Assembly: GCF_018350175.1 (NCBI RefSeq)
Contig: NC_058368.1
Span: 98,582,001-98,646,000 of the forward strand
Reading direction: 5' to 3'
Length of the DNA: 64,000 bases
DNA from: Felis catus
Taxonomy: Eukaryota
The notes below the pieces were generated by a model. That model made no database searches. It saw only the letters and a list, made by a program, of their open reading frames with translations, and was not told where the DNA came from. Positions 39,604-53,005 of this stretch are shown here, piece by piece. Position numbers and translations under genes: made by a program. The stretch's first letter is position 1. Each line of letters starts with the position of its first letter.

Positions 39604-40923
39604 AGATGGTCATATTTTATACTCTGCTGTATTCTTATACATCAAACTTCTCTAAAGTGCTCTTTATGTGAAAGCATACAATTAATTTCTAGTGTGCAGG
39701 GTTGTGTCGTGGTCGTTTCCTTGCTTACTTAATTTTACATCTGAGGGCTCTACCTTCCCACCCGGGTTTCAGTTTTCCAGCACTTATATCCCCTCTCCCC
39801 AAGGCTGCCCTGTTGTTATCTGTCAGCCACAGCCTCTGTGTGGAGGCTGAGCTATGCAGGTGGACATTCACTTTACTCTGATCACATTAAGAAGAAAGGC
39901 TCAGCAGTGGCTAAGATTGCTTTCACCTAATATTTTGGTTAGAGGTTAGGTATCTAATTTTGAAAAGAAAATTTAGGGAGGCAGTATCATCGAACCCCAG
40001 GAGGAGAAAAAAAACACCACAAAACATTTAAAACTACAATCAGCCAATTAAATCTTGAGATTTTTAAATATAGTGTTAACTTCTAGCTACATTTTTCCAA
40101 AGACAGACACATTCACACTCACCAGATACCCTGACAGCCTTTCTTGGGAATATGGTGAACAACACCCCACTGTCTCCAAGCCCCAGTGAAAATCTGGCCA
40201 ATGTGTCTTTTCATGTCTTCCATTTTCTAGTACTACCGCAGAGACTGGAGGAGTCCAAAAATATATAAGTCTATAGAAAAACATGGAAATGCTGTCAGAT
40301 ACTGCCCAGTGTAGAGTTGCATATGTAATTATAACATATTCAGATGAGAGCACTTACATGGGCAGAAGAAGCCAGCATAGCATGAAAAGAAACTTGAGCT
40401 TCTAATAGAGTTTCTAAAATAATTAACATATAAGACAATTTAACTATGTTCTTTTCAAGTTAATCAGCAGTGTGGTTGACTATTCTTACATGAAAGATAT
40501 AACCACAGGAATTAAAAATAATTCAACTGTGTTTTAAAACTATTTATTTGCACCTATGATTGTGTTGTCTGATCTATTTCATTTGCCCAATAATGCTTAT
40601 GGAAGAAATAATTGGCGCAACTTATACAAATTAAGAGTGTCCAAATATATCTAATAGCTTAGAAAAATAATCTGAACGAGGTATGTGTGATGGGAAAGTT
40701 ATTTGCAAAATTTAAATGTGAGAGCTGAAGAAAGAAAGCCATAAGACAAATATAAAATTTTGTGCACTTGTAAACATATGTTACTTTGATCATTTAAATT
40801 TTTCAAAATTCTGTGCAGGTCTAATATATAAGTTTTTACTAAATCAGCTGGTTATGAATGCACTCATATTCCACGGTATGCAAGTGGATGGGAGAATGAG
40901 CCAGGGGATACACCCTATATTGT

Positions 40924-40925
<2 letters not shown>

Positions 40926-40972
<47 letters not shown>
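40926..40972. repeat. (CA)n microsatellite
   Basis: About 23 units. Confidence 0.98.
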
Positions 40973-40973
<1 letters not shown>

Positions 40974-41916
40974 TATTTTCCTGCAATGACTATCAATTTA
41001 GGACTAAAGCTGGGACCCTAGGTCACTCTTCTCCTAGAGTGAAGGACTTCGTACACATTTCATTTATATTCTTGCAAGTAGGGCCCTAACTGGTTGGCCA
41101 GCCATACACAGGCAGACATGTTTTGAGTTCATAGTGTATATAATAAGGCAGGGTGAGGTAAAGCATGGCACTTCCACATAGGGTAATTTGACAAAAGTTT
41201 GATGAAAAGGCAGTGGGCATGTTTTCTCAGAGTGTAATAAAACCAAACAGTGGTGCAGAACGTGAGGAGAAGTCGAGGTCTGAAGGAAAAATGGGAAGAA
41301 TGGAATGAACAGAACCCAGGAAGGCTTTTATGAAAGGCTGTGACTTGGGGACACAGCCCGCCCTGCAGGAAATATGCCAGAGTAATCTTCCCTTCGTCCG
41401 TCTCACCCGAACCAACGTGGAAGGCAGAGAACAAAGGATTGCATGGATGTCGTCCACACAGGTGAGTCTCCTGTGCACAGGTCACTGTAAAAACTAGTGG
41501 ACTTTTTGTCTGGTTTCACTAATTCAAACTCTTGCTCTGGTGACTGACTGCCTCATCAGCCTCCGTTCATCACCTGTCTTAGCCCTTACCTACTGTCCAG
41601 CACACGTTTTGTGGTCCCAGAATCGATGCAATAGAAAGTGGGGTGGGAGCTCCACTTTAATTTCATAACTTTCCTAGGAGTTATTCTTACAGAATTGACT
41701 GAAAAGGTTTTAATGTGTGTATTATATCCAAATCAAAAGAATAATATTAAATTAATTTCAGAATATGCAATGTATGACTGGATTTTGTGAACCCCTATAG
41801 ATTGCAATAACTTTTAAGCTTAGAAACATATATGTTATCAGGTAGAAAAGAAGTAGCTTATACCTCTACTAGAATCAATAATACGTAAGTTATTGATTTG
41901 CATGGTGCAGCTCTTA

Positions 41917-42108
41917 TTTTTTTTCAGGTTTATTTATTTATTTTTTGAGAGAGAGTGGGGGAGGGGCATAGAGAAAGGGGGAGAGAGGATCCCATGCAGG
42001 CTCAGCACTATCAGCGTGGACCCCGATGTGAGGCTTGAATTCACAAACCGTGAGATCATGACCTGGCGGAAGTGGGATGCTTAACAGAATGAGCCACCCA
42101 GGTGAACC
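41917..42108 (-). mobile_element. Can-SINE
   Basis: TSD TGCAGCTCTTA. Confidence 0.92.
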
Positions 42109-43040
42109 ATTGCAGCTCTTAAAACAATAAATAATAAAAATCCTAGGTCAGGAGCCAGTTGAATCCAGTGGTTACATTATTGCAGAATTTCGTTCACTGT
42201 GTGGTTTCCACACCATTCCAAACATCCAAGTTCACTTGGCTAAAAATTACCTGGCATTCAGCTTATCAAAGAGAAGTTGACTGAATTTTACCTTGTGCTG
42301 CATGCAGCCTGGTGATGTGCCAGTGGAGTCTAAGTCACACTTTCTGTTCCTGTGCTGCTCTACGGAACAGCTCAGAAATGTCAAGAATGTTACTGAGCTG
42401 CCACTGTGTCAAATGCATGGTGGAAAGTACATGGAAAAAAGCTTTCCCTTTTGTTTTCCTGGTTGCATTAATGGATTCTGAGCTCTTTTATGGCTCCAGA
42501 TGGGCAGCACTTGAACAACTGCTTTTGTTTCATATAAAAGATTGTCATGCCCTTATGGCAGGGAAAGTCCCATTTTTATAGTACATACTGTTCTGCTATA
42601 GAATTATTAACCCAAACCTTGGAGTGGATTCAGTCTTATGCTTCAAAAAATCTGACCTAGCCACTGTCTTTGAGGTTTCTTGAATAAATCTTGGTCTGAA
42701 TCTGAGAATGGGAGACTTTTCCTTAAGTAATTCAAATGAAATAAAACCTTCCCAACCTCTCCCTCTCCTAGTCCCAAATACCCTGTAGCGAATAAAGATT
42801 GAGTTCAGTCATCAGGGAGCTAAAAATAAGCAAGCAAATTCTATCCTGACCTAATGCAGAAAATACACTAGTTTTGGCTCGGAAAGCAAAGAATATTAGA
42901 GGTGCACAGTACGAAAGGCTAGGAGTTTGGAAGCTTTGCACCGTAGGAGAAAGCTCAATGAGCGAGGATGAGGACACCTGCATCCTGCTGCTGGTTGTCC
43001 CACAACAGTTGTGTGATCTCAGTGAAGACTCCTAACCCTA

Positions 43041-43302
43041 GGGGCGTCTGGCTGGTTCAGCTGGTTACGCCTGAGATTCTTGGTTTTGCCTCAGGTCACT
43101 ACCTCGCAGTTCGAAGGTTCAACCCTTGCGTCAGGCTTCTCTCTGGCAGTGCAGAGGCTGCTTGGAATTCTCTCTCTCTCTCCTTCTTTCCCTGCCCCTT
43201 CCCTGTTCATGCTCTCTCTGTCTCTCTGTCTCTCTGTCTCTCAAAATAAATGAATAGACTTAAAAAAAATTCTTAAAGAAAAGAAAAAAGAAAGAAAAAC
43301 CA
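43041..43302 (+). mobile_element. Can-SINE
   Basis: TSD AAGACTCCTAACC. Confidence 0.92.
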
Positions 43303-43673
43303 AAGACTCCTAACCTTAAATTGAGGATAACAGTACTTCCCCGTTCTAGTTTTATTGCTTGAGACCGAGCATCAAGGGAGATGTTGATGTGACATTGGGA
43401 AGTGGGTGGAAAATAGTAAAGGTCTATACAAATACAGCATGAATAAAAATAACAGAACAGAATTTGTTACTTGGAAAAATACATCAGTGTAAAAATACTA
43501 CAGAAACACACACACAACACGACTTCCAATAAAGCCCTCCTATGCCAAATAATCCAGGTCCACAGAATCACTTCTAAGGAAAAGTGAAATATGATCAAGA
43601 AACTTTTGGAACACATGTTACTAAATTGTGTTCCATGACGTTCTTTAAGCAGAATACTTACAGGTGTCATGTT

Positions 43674-43765
43674 AAAAAGAGAAGGAAGGGAAGGAAAGGA
43701 AAGAGAGGGAAGGGAAGGGAAGAGAAGGGAAGGGAAGGGGGAAGGAAGGGGAGAGAAAAGAAGGG
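43674..43765. repeat. (GGAA)/(GGGAA)-type purine tract
   Basis: Read directly from the sequence. Confidence 0.9.
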
Positions 43766-45713
43766 CGTAGAAAGTATGGGATTCCATGGTTAAATAGAAT
43801 AAGTTTTGAGATTAAAATTTAACAGATAAGATTTTTCAGACTTTAATATCCTGATTTTTAACTTTGTCATATGTAAGAGGGGTACGTTGTATGCAGTGTT
43901 TCCCAATTTTTTTTAAAAAATGACACTGCTGGAATATACTTTGAAAAATTGCTGTTGTAGAGGGGTTTACTTAATCAAGCAGTTCTGGAAAGCAGCCAAG
44001 TCCTGGAGCGCTGGAGGTAGCAGGTTCCTTGATGCACAGAGAACATCCATCAAAACAAACACACGAAGAATAACAGCGACTAACATTTGTTGAGTAATTC
44101 ACAGATTACAAAACATTTCCACATAATTATCTCCTTTGATTCTCCATTCACTTTTGCAAATAGGTATGTAATCACACTGGCAGATACAGAAGCAAATGGT
44201 GGTGGAGTTTCAGTGTCTAAGATCACAGAGCCAGTGACAGAATATGAATTTCAAACCTAAGATGTCTAACGTCACATCTACTGAGTTTTCCCCGTTGCCT
44301 GCTGCTTGATTGTTTAGAAAGAATAAAACAGCTCTTTGTACTAGTCTTTAAAAACCCAAAATAAGGGATAGAGACTTTTCCTTCTGTTAGATCCTAAAAA
44401 CCACACAGGGAAGTGGTTTTTAAAGGAAACACTCTGGGGGCTTTTTAGATATCTGGACAGTTGATATGAATGGCATTTAATGACACCATGCTGTCCCACT
44501 GTGCTATGTGGGAAAGGGCTGAACCGTTTTCAAACTCCCTGCTTAAGTACTAGTTGAGCTGGTGCTCAGAGTGCTGAAAATATCCTAAGAGGACTTTATC
44601 CATGGTAATACTAAGCAGTTTTTATAAAAATTATGTGAAAAGCTAAGGAATATAGAAGGCGTTATGATGGGGGTGCCACTGTGGAATAAAGGCAGTGTCT
44701 TAAAATTGATCAACACTGAGCATTATTGCCTATTAATTATAGCATTTACATATACGTGCTGAGTTGAAAATAGTTTCAAGGAATTAGAAGTCATTGGAAA
44801 GGAAACAGCTTGCAAGTATGGAAAAGGATATTGAGAAAATTTTAGCAAAATTAGAGCCAAATATTATTAAAATAGCAGAGATATCAAGGCTTTGATCCAA
44901 TTTCGATAGTGACAGGTGGTTAAAAATATTTTATATGTTGCCATCCATTATACATATATTCAAGTTTGAAACCTAACACTCAGAAATCTGTTATGAAAAG
45001 TTACATACTATTTTTTTTTCGCTGTATTATCAAGTTAACAGTTGCTTTTCTATCTTATTCTGATACTGTCCTTGGAGGTCTTGCCAGCTTTTCCAGGCCC
45101 GCTCACATTACTGCTTCCTTTTTCTAATCCCTGCTGTCTTTCAAAGGATATTATCATCAAGACCTTTTAAAGCACTAGAGATTGCCCATGGGCCTCAAGA
45201 TGTAGGGAGTGTTTAAGGTAGGAGAGATGGTTTTTATGATCCCTCATTATTATACAATGCTTTTTGAAAGAGCTAGTTTGGGGACAGCTACTGTTCTCTT
45301 GACCTATTTGTATCACTTGAGGGTTCATGTATGACCAAGTATCAGGTCTGATTCTGGTCACTCCTTGATTCTGTGATCTCTGACTAATCATGTAATCTCT
45401 CTGAACTCAGTGTGTGTATCCGTAAGATTAAAAGATTTGATTCTATGGCTTCTAAAGTCATTTCCAATCCTGAAATCCTAAGACTTTCTACAATGCTATA
45501 AATGAGTGTTTTACATTAGGGGGTGGGCATCTGGTTATTTTGTGATGTTGACTATTCTTATGCATGAACTTTGATAATAACATCTAGTCTTTAAATAGTG
45601 TATCATTTACATACACACTTGAACTCTGGTTTCCTATTAGATGAAACATTCATTTCGCTTATTTTTCTTTGAGTCCATGGAAATGCATCACTACCAGATT
45701 ATGCATGGCTTTT

Positions 45714-45919
45714 TTTTTAATGTTTATTTATTTTTGAGACAGAGAGAGACAAAGCATGAACAGGGGAGGGTCAGAGAGAGGGAGACACAGAATCTGAAAC
45801 AGGCTCCAGGCTCTGAGCTGTCAGCACAGAGCCCAACGCGGGGCTCGAACTCACGGACCGTGAGATCATGACCTGGGCCGAAGTCGGCCGCTTAACCGAC
45901 TGAGCCACCCAGGCGCCCC
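45714..45919 (-). mobile_element. Can-SINE (felid type)
   Basis: Perfect TSD TATGCATGGCTTTT. Confidence 0.96.
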
Positions 45920-47200
45920 TATGCATGGCTTTTAAGTACATTTCAAAACCTATTTGAATGAGCATTTGCAAATAACATATACTCAGAATCTTGAAATCAA
46001 AAGCTTGATGTCTTTTGCACTGATGTATTGAATTAGTTGCCAGAGCCTGTGGCTGATGCCTCCTTCTCACTCCTGAAAAACCTATGGATTATTTCCAATC
46101 TAGCCTCATTATTCGTCCCTGGTTTAGGCCCTGAGGCTGTATCTATTGCACACCCACAGCAACCAACCTAACTGGGCTAACTACCGTCTCTTTCTCCCTA
46201 CTGCTTTCTGTCCATTTCAGAGGAATTTAACATTCTTTACAGCTTGTGTGTTGCAAAACCTCCGGAGAACATTCTTCATGTATATGCTCTGTGCACTAGC
46301 CAGACTCCACAGCTTACCTCAAACACTCTTTAAGAGATGACACCATCCTCATGTAATTCTAGAACTCCTCTGAGATGGGTAATACCTGTCTCAGAGAACT
46401 CTGGCTGCCATCACAAAAAAACATGGATGGTGTGGCTTAAACAACAGAGATTTATTTTCTCATAGTTTTGGAGGCTGCAAAGTCGAAGATCAGGGTGCCA
46501 GCAGGTTTGGTTCCTAGTGAGAGTTTTCTTCCTGGCTTGTAGACAGCTGCCTTCTCACTGTGTCCTGACATGACAGTGCAGGTCCTTGCTGCTTGCATGG
46601 AGAAAGACAGGGAAAGGGACTGGGGGGGGGGGTAGGGGGTGGGGAGGGGGGAGAAGAAGATGGGGGGGAGGGAGAAGAGGAAGTATGGGTGAGAGAGAAG
46701 TATTGACAGAAGGCTTCTTAGAGCACGGTCACGAATCCTGAGATGAAGGCCCATCCCCATGACCTCTTCTTCCCCCAGTTAGCTCCCAAAGGCCCCATCT
46801 CCAAATAACACTGGGCTTAGGGCTTAAACATCTGAATTTTGAGCAAACACAAGCTTTCAGTCAATAACATTATGCTCCAGGCCCCCCAAATTTATCTCCT
46901 TCTCACATGCAAAATACATTCATTCCATCCCAATAGCCCCCAAAATCATAACTTAGTCCAGCATCATCCTTAAAGCCTAAAGTCCAGAGTCTCATCTAAA
47001 TATCATCAGATTCAGTGTGGGTGAAACTGGAGGTTTTAACTTATCATGAAGCAAAATTGCTGTTTCACTATGAACCTATGAAACCAGACACATCGTTAGT
47101 GTGCTTCCAACATACAGCGATGGGGCAAGCATAGGACAGACATTCTCATTCTAAAAGGGAGGAAGAGAAGGAAAGGGTGATGGGTCCCCAGCAAGTCCAA

Positions 47201-47239
<39 letters not shown>

Positions 47240-48232
47240 AGGCACGTTTCATCAGTTGTTAAAGCTTGTGAATAATCAATCCTCTCTGGTTCAGGGCTCT
47301 GCCTTACTAGCCGACCGCGGCAGTGGTCCCACCTCTGTGGCTCTGCTGGACTGAGTTACACCCCGAAGGATGGGGACAGCCTGGCCCCATGGCTTTGAGG
47401 GATGGACTCATGCTCAGGTCTTTGGTGGAACCCTATTGAGCCTGTTAAAACCTCAGTGGTGGCCCGGATGCTCTCCGAATTGCCTTTGGGGTCCTTTTCC
47501 CCCTTTCTTGAAGGAGAATGCATGTTCACATCCTAATAGCTTTGTGACCCAATGCTATAGGATCCAAGAATCTGACTGCCTCCCATCTCCATTTCAACCC
47601 ATTGCCCTCCCCTTAAGTTCAAACCAACTGTGTTCAATTCCTATAATCTATAATCTCTTTGTTGATTGGCCAGCCACACACATGGTGTCCTCTTTTGAAT
47701 GTGTTTGTTTGTTTGTTTGTTTGTTTGTTTGTTTTTGCAAGACAAGGCTAATATCTTAATGTTTAAGTTCTGGTTCCTTTTTATTTAACAATTCTTCTGT
47801 CTGTCTCTTCATCTGTCTCTTCAATTCATCTGTCTCTTCTTGCCTTATACTGTAGGCAACCAGGAGGAGGCACGCTGCTCCTTGGATCTTTTCCCCAAAT
47901 CTCCTCTGTTAAATATCTAATTGCATCGCTCCCAAGATCTGCCTTCTAGGAAACAGGAGAATATCAAAATATTTCAGCCAAGTTCTTTGCCACCTTATAA
48001 AAAGAATCGCCTTTCCTCCAGTTTCCACCAACATGTTCCTTATTTCCATCTGAGATCTCACTGCAATGGCCTGTAATGTCCGTATTTCTACAGACATTCT
48101 GTTCTTGAGTTTTTATGCTTCCACTCCAGCATTGCTCTTTCTTGGTCCTCACCAGACTAGCCCTCATATCCGTAGTTCTAGCATGCACCTCAAAACTTCC
48201 TCACCAAGTTCCAAAACTGCTTCCACATTTTA

Positions 48233-48493
48233 TTTTTTTATTTTTTTATTTTTTTTATTTTTATTTTTTATTTTTTTTTAAATTTTTTTTTTCAACGTTT
48301 ATTTATTTTTGGGACAGAGAGAGACAGAGCATGAACGGGGGAGGGGCAGAGAGAGGGAGACACAGAATCGGAAACAGGCTCCAGGCTCTGAGCCATCAGC
48401 CCAGAGCCTGACGCGGGGCTCGAACTCACGGACCGCGAGATCGTGACCTGGCTGAAGTCGGACGCTTAACCGACTGCGCCACCCAGGCGCCCC
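48233..48493 (-). mobile_element. Very young SINEC_Fc-type SINE with a ~60-nt patterned A tail, nested in the MaLR internal region
   Basis: Perfect TSD TGCTTCCACATTTTA at 48218-48232 and 48494-48508. Confidence 0.97.
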
Positions 48494-48557
48494 TGCTTCC
48501 ACATTTTAACATATTTATTATAGCAATGCCCCACTTCTCAGTATCAAAATCTGCCTT

Positions 48558-48753
48558 CAAACCACCATATGACTCAGTAACCCTGCTTCTGGAAATACAT
48601 CCAGAGGAAATGAAATCAGGATCTCAAAGAGCTCTCTGTATTCCCATGTTTGCAGAAGGATTATTCACAATAGCTAAGACATGAAACAACTTATGAATTG
48701 GTTGGAAAACATTGGATGGAGACACGGAAACTCAACAAATGAGTGGGTAAGGA

Positions 48754-48800
<47 letters not shown>

Positions 48801-49317
48801 CTGAATAATGGAATGTTATTCAGCCATGATAAACAAACCCTGACATTTGTGACAAGTTGTATCAATCTTGAGAGCATGATGCTACGTCAAACAGAGAAAA
48901 ACCAAAGTGCCATATCATTTAAAAGTGGAATCTTAAAAAGCTTAACTCATGGAAACAGACAGTATAGTGGTGGTTACCAGTGGTAGGGAATGGCAAAAAA
49001 AAAAAAAAAAAAAAAAGGGGGAGATGTTGGTCAAAGGGTACAAACTCAGTTATGAGTAAGTTCTGGGGATCTAATGGTACAGCGTAGTGGCTGTAGTTAA
49101 AAACTCTGTATTACATGAAAGTTCTCAAAAGAGAAGATCTTAAATGTCTTCACTGCAAGAAAGAAACGGTAATTATGTGACAGGATGAAGATGTTAGCTA
49201 ATGCAAAGGTGGCAACCGTTTTACAATATACAAGTATTTCAAATCATCACATTGTACACCCTACACTTACACAATGTTATATGTCAGTTACATGTCACTA
49301 AAGCTGGAAAAACAAAA
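48558..49317 (+). mobile_element. L1MA-like 3' end inserted at the MaLR LTR/internal junction
   Basis: Perfect TSD CAAAATCTGCCTT at 48545-48557 and 49318-49330; ends ACAATGTTATATGTCA...TAAAGCTGGAAAA. Confidence 0.9.
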
Positions 49318-50789
49318 CAAAATCTGCCTTAGCTTTGGCTTCCATAATAGAATACTATAAACTAGGTGGCTTAAATAACTGGTATTTATTTTCTTACAGT
49401 TTTTGGAAGTTAGGAAATCCATGATCAGTGTGTCAGCCAATTCAGTTCCAGGTGAGGATTCTCTTCCTAGCGTGTCAGTCTTCCCCCAGTGGCCTCACAT
49501 GGCCTTTCTTTGGTGCACACTCATAGAAGGAGACATCTCTCTCTCTGTCTCCCTCTCCCTCTCCCTCCCTCCCTCCCTCCCTCCTTATAAAGCCATTAAT
49601 GCTATTATAAGGCCCCACTTTCATGGACTAATTTAACTCTAGCTACCTCCCAAGGGCCCTGTCTCTAAATACCATCACACTGGGAATTAGGCCTTCAACA
49701 TAGGAATGCTTTGGGCACCTAAACATTCACACTCTAACCATATATATTTGAAGTTTAGGTTGAGGCTTAGGCGAAAGCTCATGGACTTTTGATGAGCAAG
49801 AGGGATAAAAAATGGAGGTAGCATGCACATTAAATAGAGTAGTGGCTTCATTATGGATCCCAATGATTGTATCACGGTCCACTAGCTCAGAGTGGAAAGG
49901 TGTCTGAGTCCTTATACTCAGCATTGTACAGAATGCTCTAGACTAGAGCATTGCAGAGTTAGGTCATTCCATCCCAGTTTTCAGATAAGGAACTAAAACT
50001 ACATACTCTGCCTGGCCATACACAGTGGATGGCATTCCTGGCCACCTTATACCTGGCAGGACTTGGCTTTATATGCCTGAAGGTCAGAGTATTGCTTAAG
50101 CAGAGGGAGGGTACAACCACTGCCAACTTCTCCTCTCTGACGTTATCAAAACCAGTAATTGTTCTCGGTTCACCCTTACTTTCTTGGAAGGAACAAAACA
50201 AAAACTAAGACAAAAACTGAGGACCCTTAAACTTCTAAGAACAGCAATTGCCAAGTATCCATGAAAATTAATTGGATGCATGAATGAGAAGTTTCAGTGA
50301 TCTTGGTACTAATAGGGTGTCTTGTTTTCTACTAAATGATCAAGTTTTCCTTGGTTGTGGCTGAATCGCCTTCCAGGGAAAGAGACTGCTAAGCTATTAA
50401 ACTGTGCAGAGTGGCAAGTGGCCAAGTCTTAAAAACACCTCTTTGGCACGTCTGTAACAGTCCTGGAGTATTGAAAGTCTCGGGTTCTCTGTTCACTTGG
50501 CCCAGAAGTTTGAAGCTGAGAGGCAGAATGAGATGTTAGGCACAGGTCCCAGGGATTCAGGATGAGTGGAAACTCCTGAGTGGAGGAAAGAGGGTAATTG
50601 TTTCAGTATTGCTTCCACATGTGGTGGGGGCAGTTCAGCAGCTCTGGGCTGGGTCAGGTCTTCAAAGCTGGGACCCTGAGATGGGAATGGATGAAGGGTT
50701 CTTGGCATGGGTGAACTGAATGTCCAATCTAAGACTTGAGTGAAGCTTGCTTTGGGAAGCAAGAACAATTTAAAAATGTCAGTCTTTAG

Positions 50790-51003
50790 GAGGGGCCTGG
50801 GTGGCTCAGTTGGTTGAGTGTCCACCTTCAGCTTAGGTCATGATTTCACCTTTTGTGAGTTTGAGCCCTGCACCAGGCTCGCTGCTGTCAGCCCTGAACC
50901 CTCTTCTGATCCTCTGTCCCTCTCTTTCTGTCCCTTCCCCACTTGTGCACACGTTCTCTCTCTCATTGTCAAAAATGAATGCACATTAAAAAATGTTTAA
51001 AGA
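50790..51003 (+). mobile_element. Can-SINE
   Basis: Degenerate TSD AAAATGTCAG(T/C)CT.TA. Confidence 0.92.
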
Positions 51004-51318
51004 TAAAATGTCAGCCTCTAAGTGTGAGAAAAAAATCAAGGTATGTGATCCAATTAAAGTCTGTATGGTGGATACCTATTTTTCCCCCCAGGGGCACACC
51101 TCTTCTTTTGGAGGAGAAATAGGGCACAGGTACAGACGACTTGATTGAAGTTGGGCCAGTCACTGTACTTTTTTGCCATCAGTTTCTCCCCAAACACTGC
51201 TGATTCATATGGGGTCTTTCTTTATGTGAATCTGAAAATGATTTTACTTCCTGAAAACACTTTACTTCCATATAAGAAAATTATCATAATATACAGATTT
51301 TGTTAGAATAACTTGTTT

Positions 51319-51337
51319 TAGTGCCACCTGCTGGAAA
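51319..51337 (-). promoter_or_regulatory. Candidate CTCF binding motif
   Basis: TAGTGCCACCTGCTGGAAA; the reverse complement CCAGCAGGTGGCACTA fits the CTCF core CCASYAGRKGGCRS. Confidence 0.55.
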
Positions 51338-52340
51338 ATCATGGTAATAAGTATAAAAATGTAAGCCTTTTCTATAAAAATGGCACAACTCTGGTAGCAG
51401 CTTTGCACCCAACTCAGTCGCAGTGATTGGCTCATGTGTCCATAGCCTAAGCTAGACCTATCAAAGTCGTCTCCTGGGCACTTGCCATGATGATCTTTTT
51501 CTTTTCTAGCTGCAAAAGTTGTGAAAATGTGAGCCTTGACTTACCGGTGACCATGTTTTAACTTTATGTAGGAATGAGCTTAAGAGAAAGAATGCACGAA
51601 AAGAGGGTGGGATACAGGGACAGAAAGACATAGTCCCAGTGGTCTCAGAATTTCTGACTCCAGTCCTACTCGAAGACATTTCTATCCATACTTTGCTTTG
51701 GCTGTGAAATAATTTCCTTTGTTAAGCAAAAGTTCAGTTTCTGTCACATGGATTAAAAAAAAAAGCCAAGTATATATTGACTTTGGATGTCAAGTAAAAT
51801 AAACTGACTACAGTTGGGAAAGAGGGCAAGATTAGATACTTTGAGTTAATCTCGGTTTTTATATTAGAGTCATGTGTGGAGTTAATCTAAAATTGTTCCT
51901 GCTAGGACTGTGTCGTGCTAAACCTAGTCGTACATATCCTCCCTAGTGTAGAGTCGTGCCTAAAGTAGCCATTTAAAAAAAATTGTTGAATTAAAGTCCA
52001 TTGACTTTAAAGACTTCCATTGAAACTTCCAGATCACGTTTGTTAAACCAGTATGCGTTTATCTATAGTAGGTAGACATCATGCCAAAAGCAGTTGATAA
52101 AAAGGAGACATTTCTCCAGACAAATGGAGACCACTCCACAAAATGTATGAGTCAACACAGAGTTCTAGCTCTTAATTTGTATTCCCTAGATATGAAACAT
52201 TGATGTACCATTTAACTGCCCAAGGCCTTGGTTTTCTCACCTATAACATAAAGAGATAGAACTAGATGATCTTTAAGGCTTACTCTGGAAAAAAAAAAAA
52301 AAAAAAAAAAAAACCTCAAGTTTTCTTTTAATCTCTCCAA

Positions 52341-52485
52341 CCAATGATTTTCAGAATGTGGTCCCTTTCTAGCTGCCTAGAAACATGTTAAAGGCAAATT
52401 TCAGACCCCACCCCAGACCTACTGGATCAGACACCCTGGAGGTAGGATCTAGTAATCAGTGCTTTAACCGGTTTGAGAACCACTG
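52341..52485. mobile_element. MER5A-like hAT MITE
   Basis: CCCCACCCCAGACCTACTGGATCAGACACCCTGG...GTTTGAGAACCACTG. Confidence 0.75.
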
Positions 52486-52966
52486 CCCGGACATATGCAA
52501 TATACTTATTTAATAGTCAACATATATATGGAGAACTTTCCTAATTTCTCTCAGCTGTGTTTCAGTGACAACATTTTGTCCTTTAGACATCCGTGTCCTT
52601 CTCCACCACACTCCTCCTCAGTCCCCCAGTGAAAACTGTTTTGGTCAGAGCAGTGTCGCCATTCTTTTTTTTTTTTACATTTTCAAATATCTCTAATAAC
52701 TTTATTAGATTTTCCAAACAAAAAATAAGTTCCTGCAAAAGAAAAAGAAAATCAAAGTCAAAGCATTAAAAGCGATGTTATATTATGCATATCATCCTTT
52801 TTTGAGAATCGATAAGCATTGTTAAGGTAATGAGAATCCATAAGAGCTACTGCCAACAAAATGGAACACGGTATTTTGGAATATTCTTGAACTCTTTGCG
52901 AATTAAAAATTATGTCAGTGTCATAACATTTCCTACAGGTTAATTATTAGGGACCCTTTGCAATAG

Positions 52967-52969
<3 letters not shown>

Positions 52970-52997
<28 letters not shown>

Positions 52998-53005
52998 GCG
53001 CGCGC
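52970..53005. repeat. (CA)n(CG)n compound repeat
   Basis: Read directly from the sequence. Confidence 0.95.

Larger units (their letters stand above)
46387..49740 (-). mobile_element. MLT1A-like MaLR provirus: LTR (46387-46869), internal region (~46870-48551), LTR (~49325-49740)
   Basis: Two same-orientation LTR-like segments (GGCTTAAA..AAC...TTTATTTTCT.A.AGTTTT.GGA.G) flank MaLR internal sequence (TCCTTCTCACATGCAAAATACATTCATTCCATCCCAATAGCCCC...CCCCACTTCTCAGTATCAAAATC). Confidence 0.8.
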
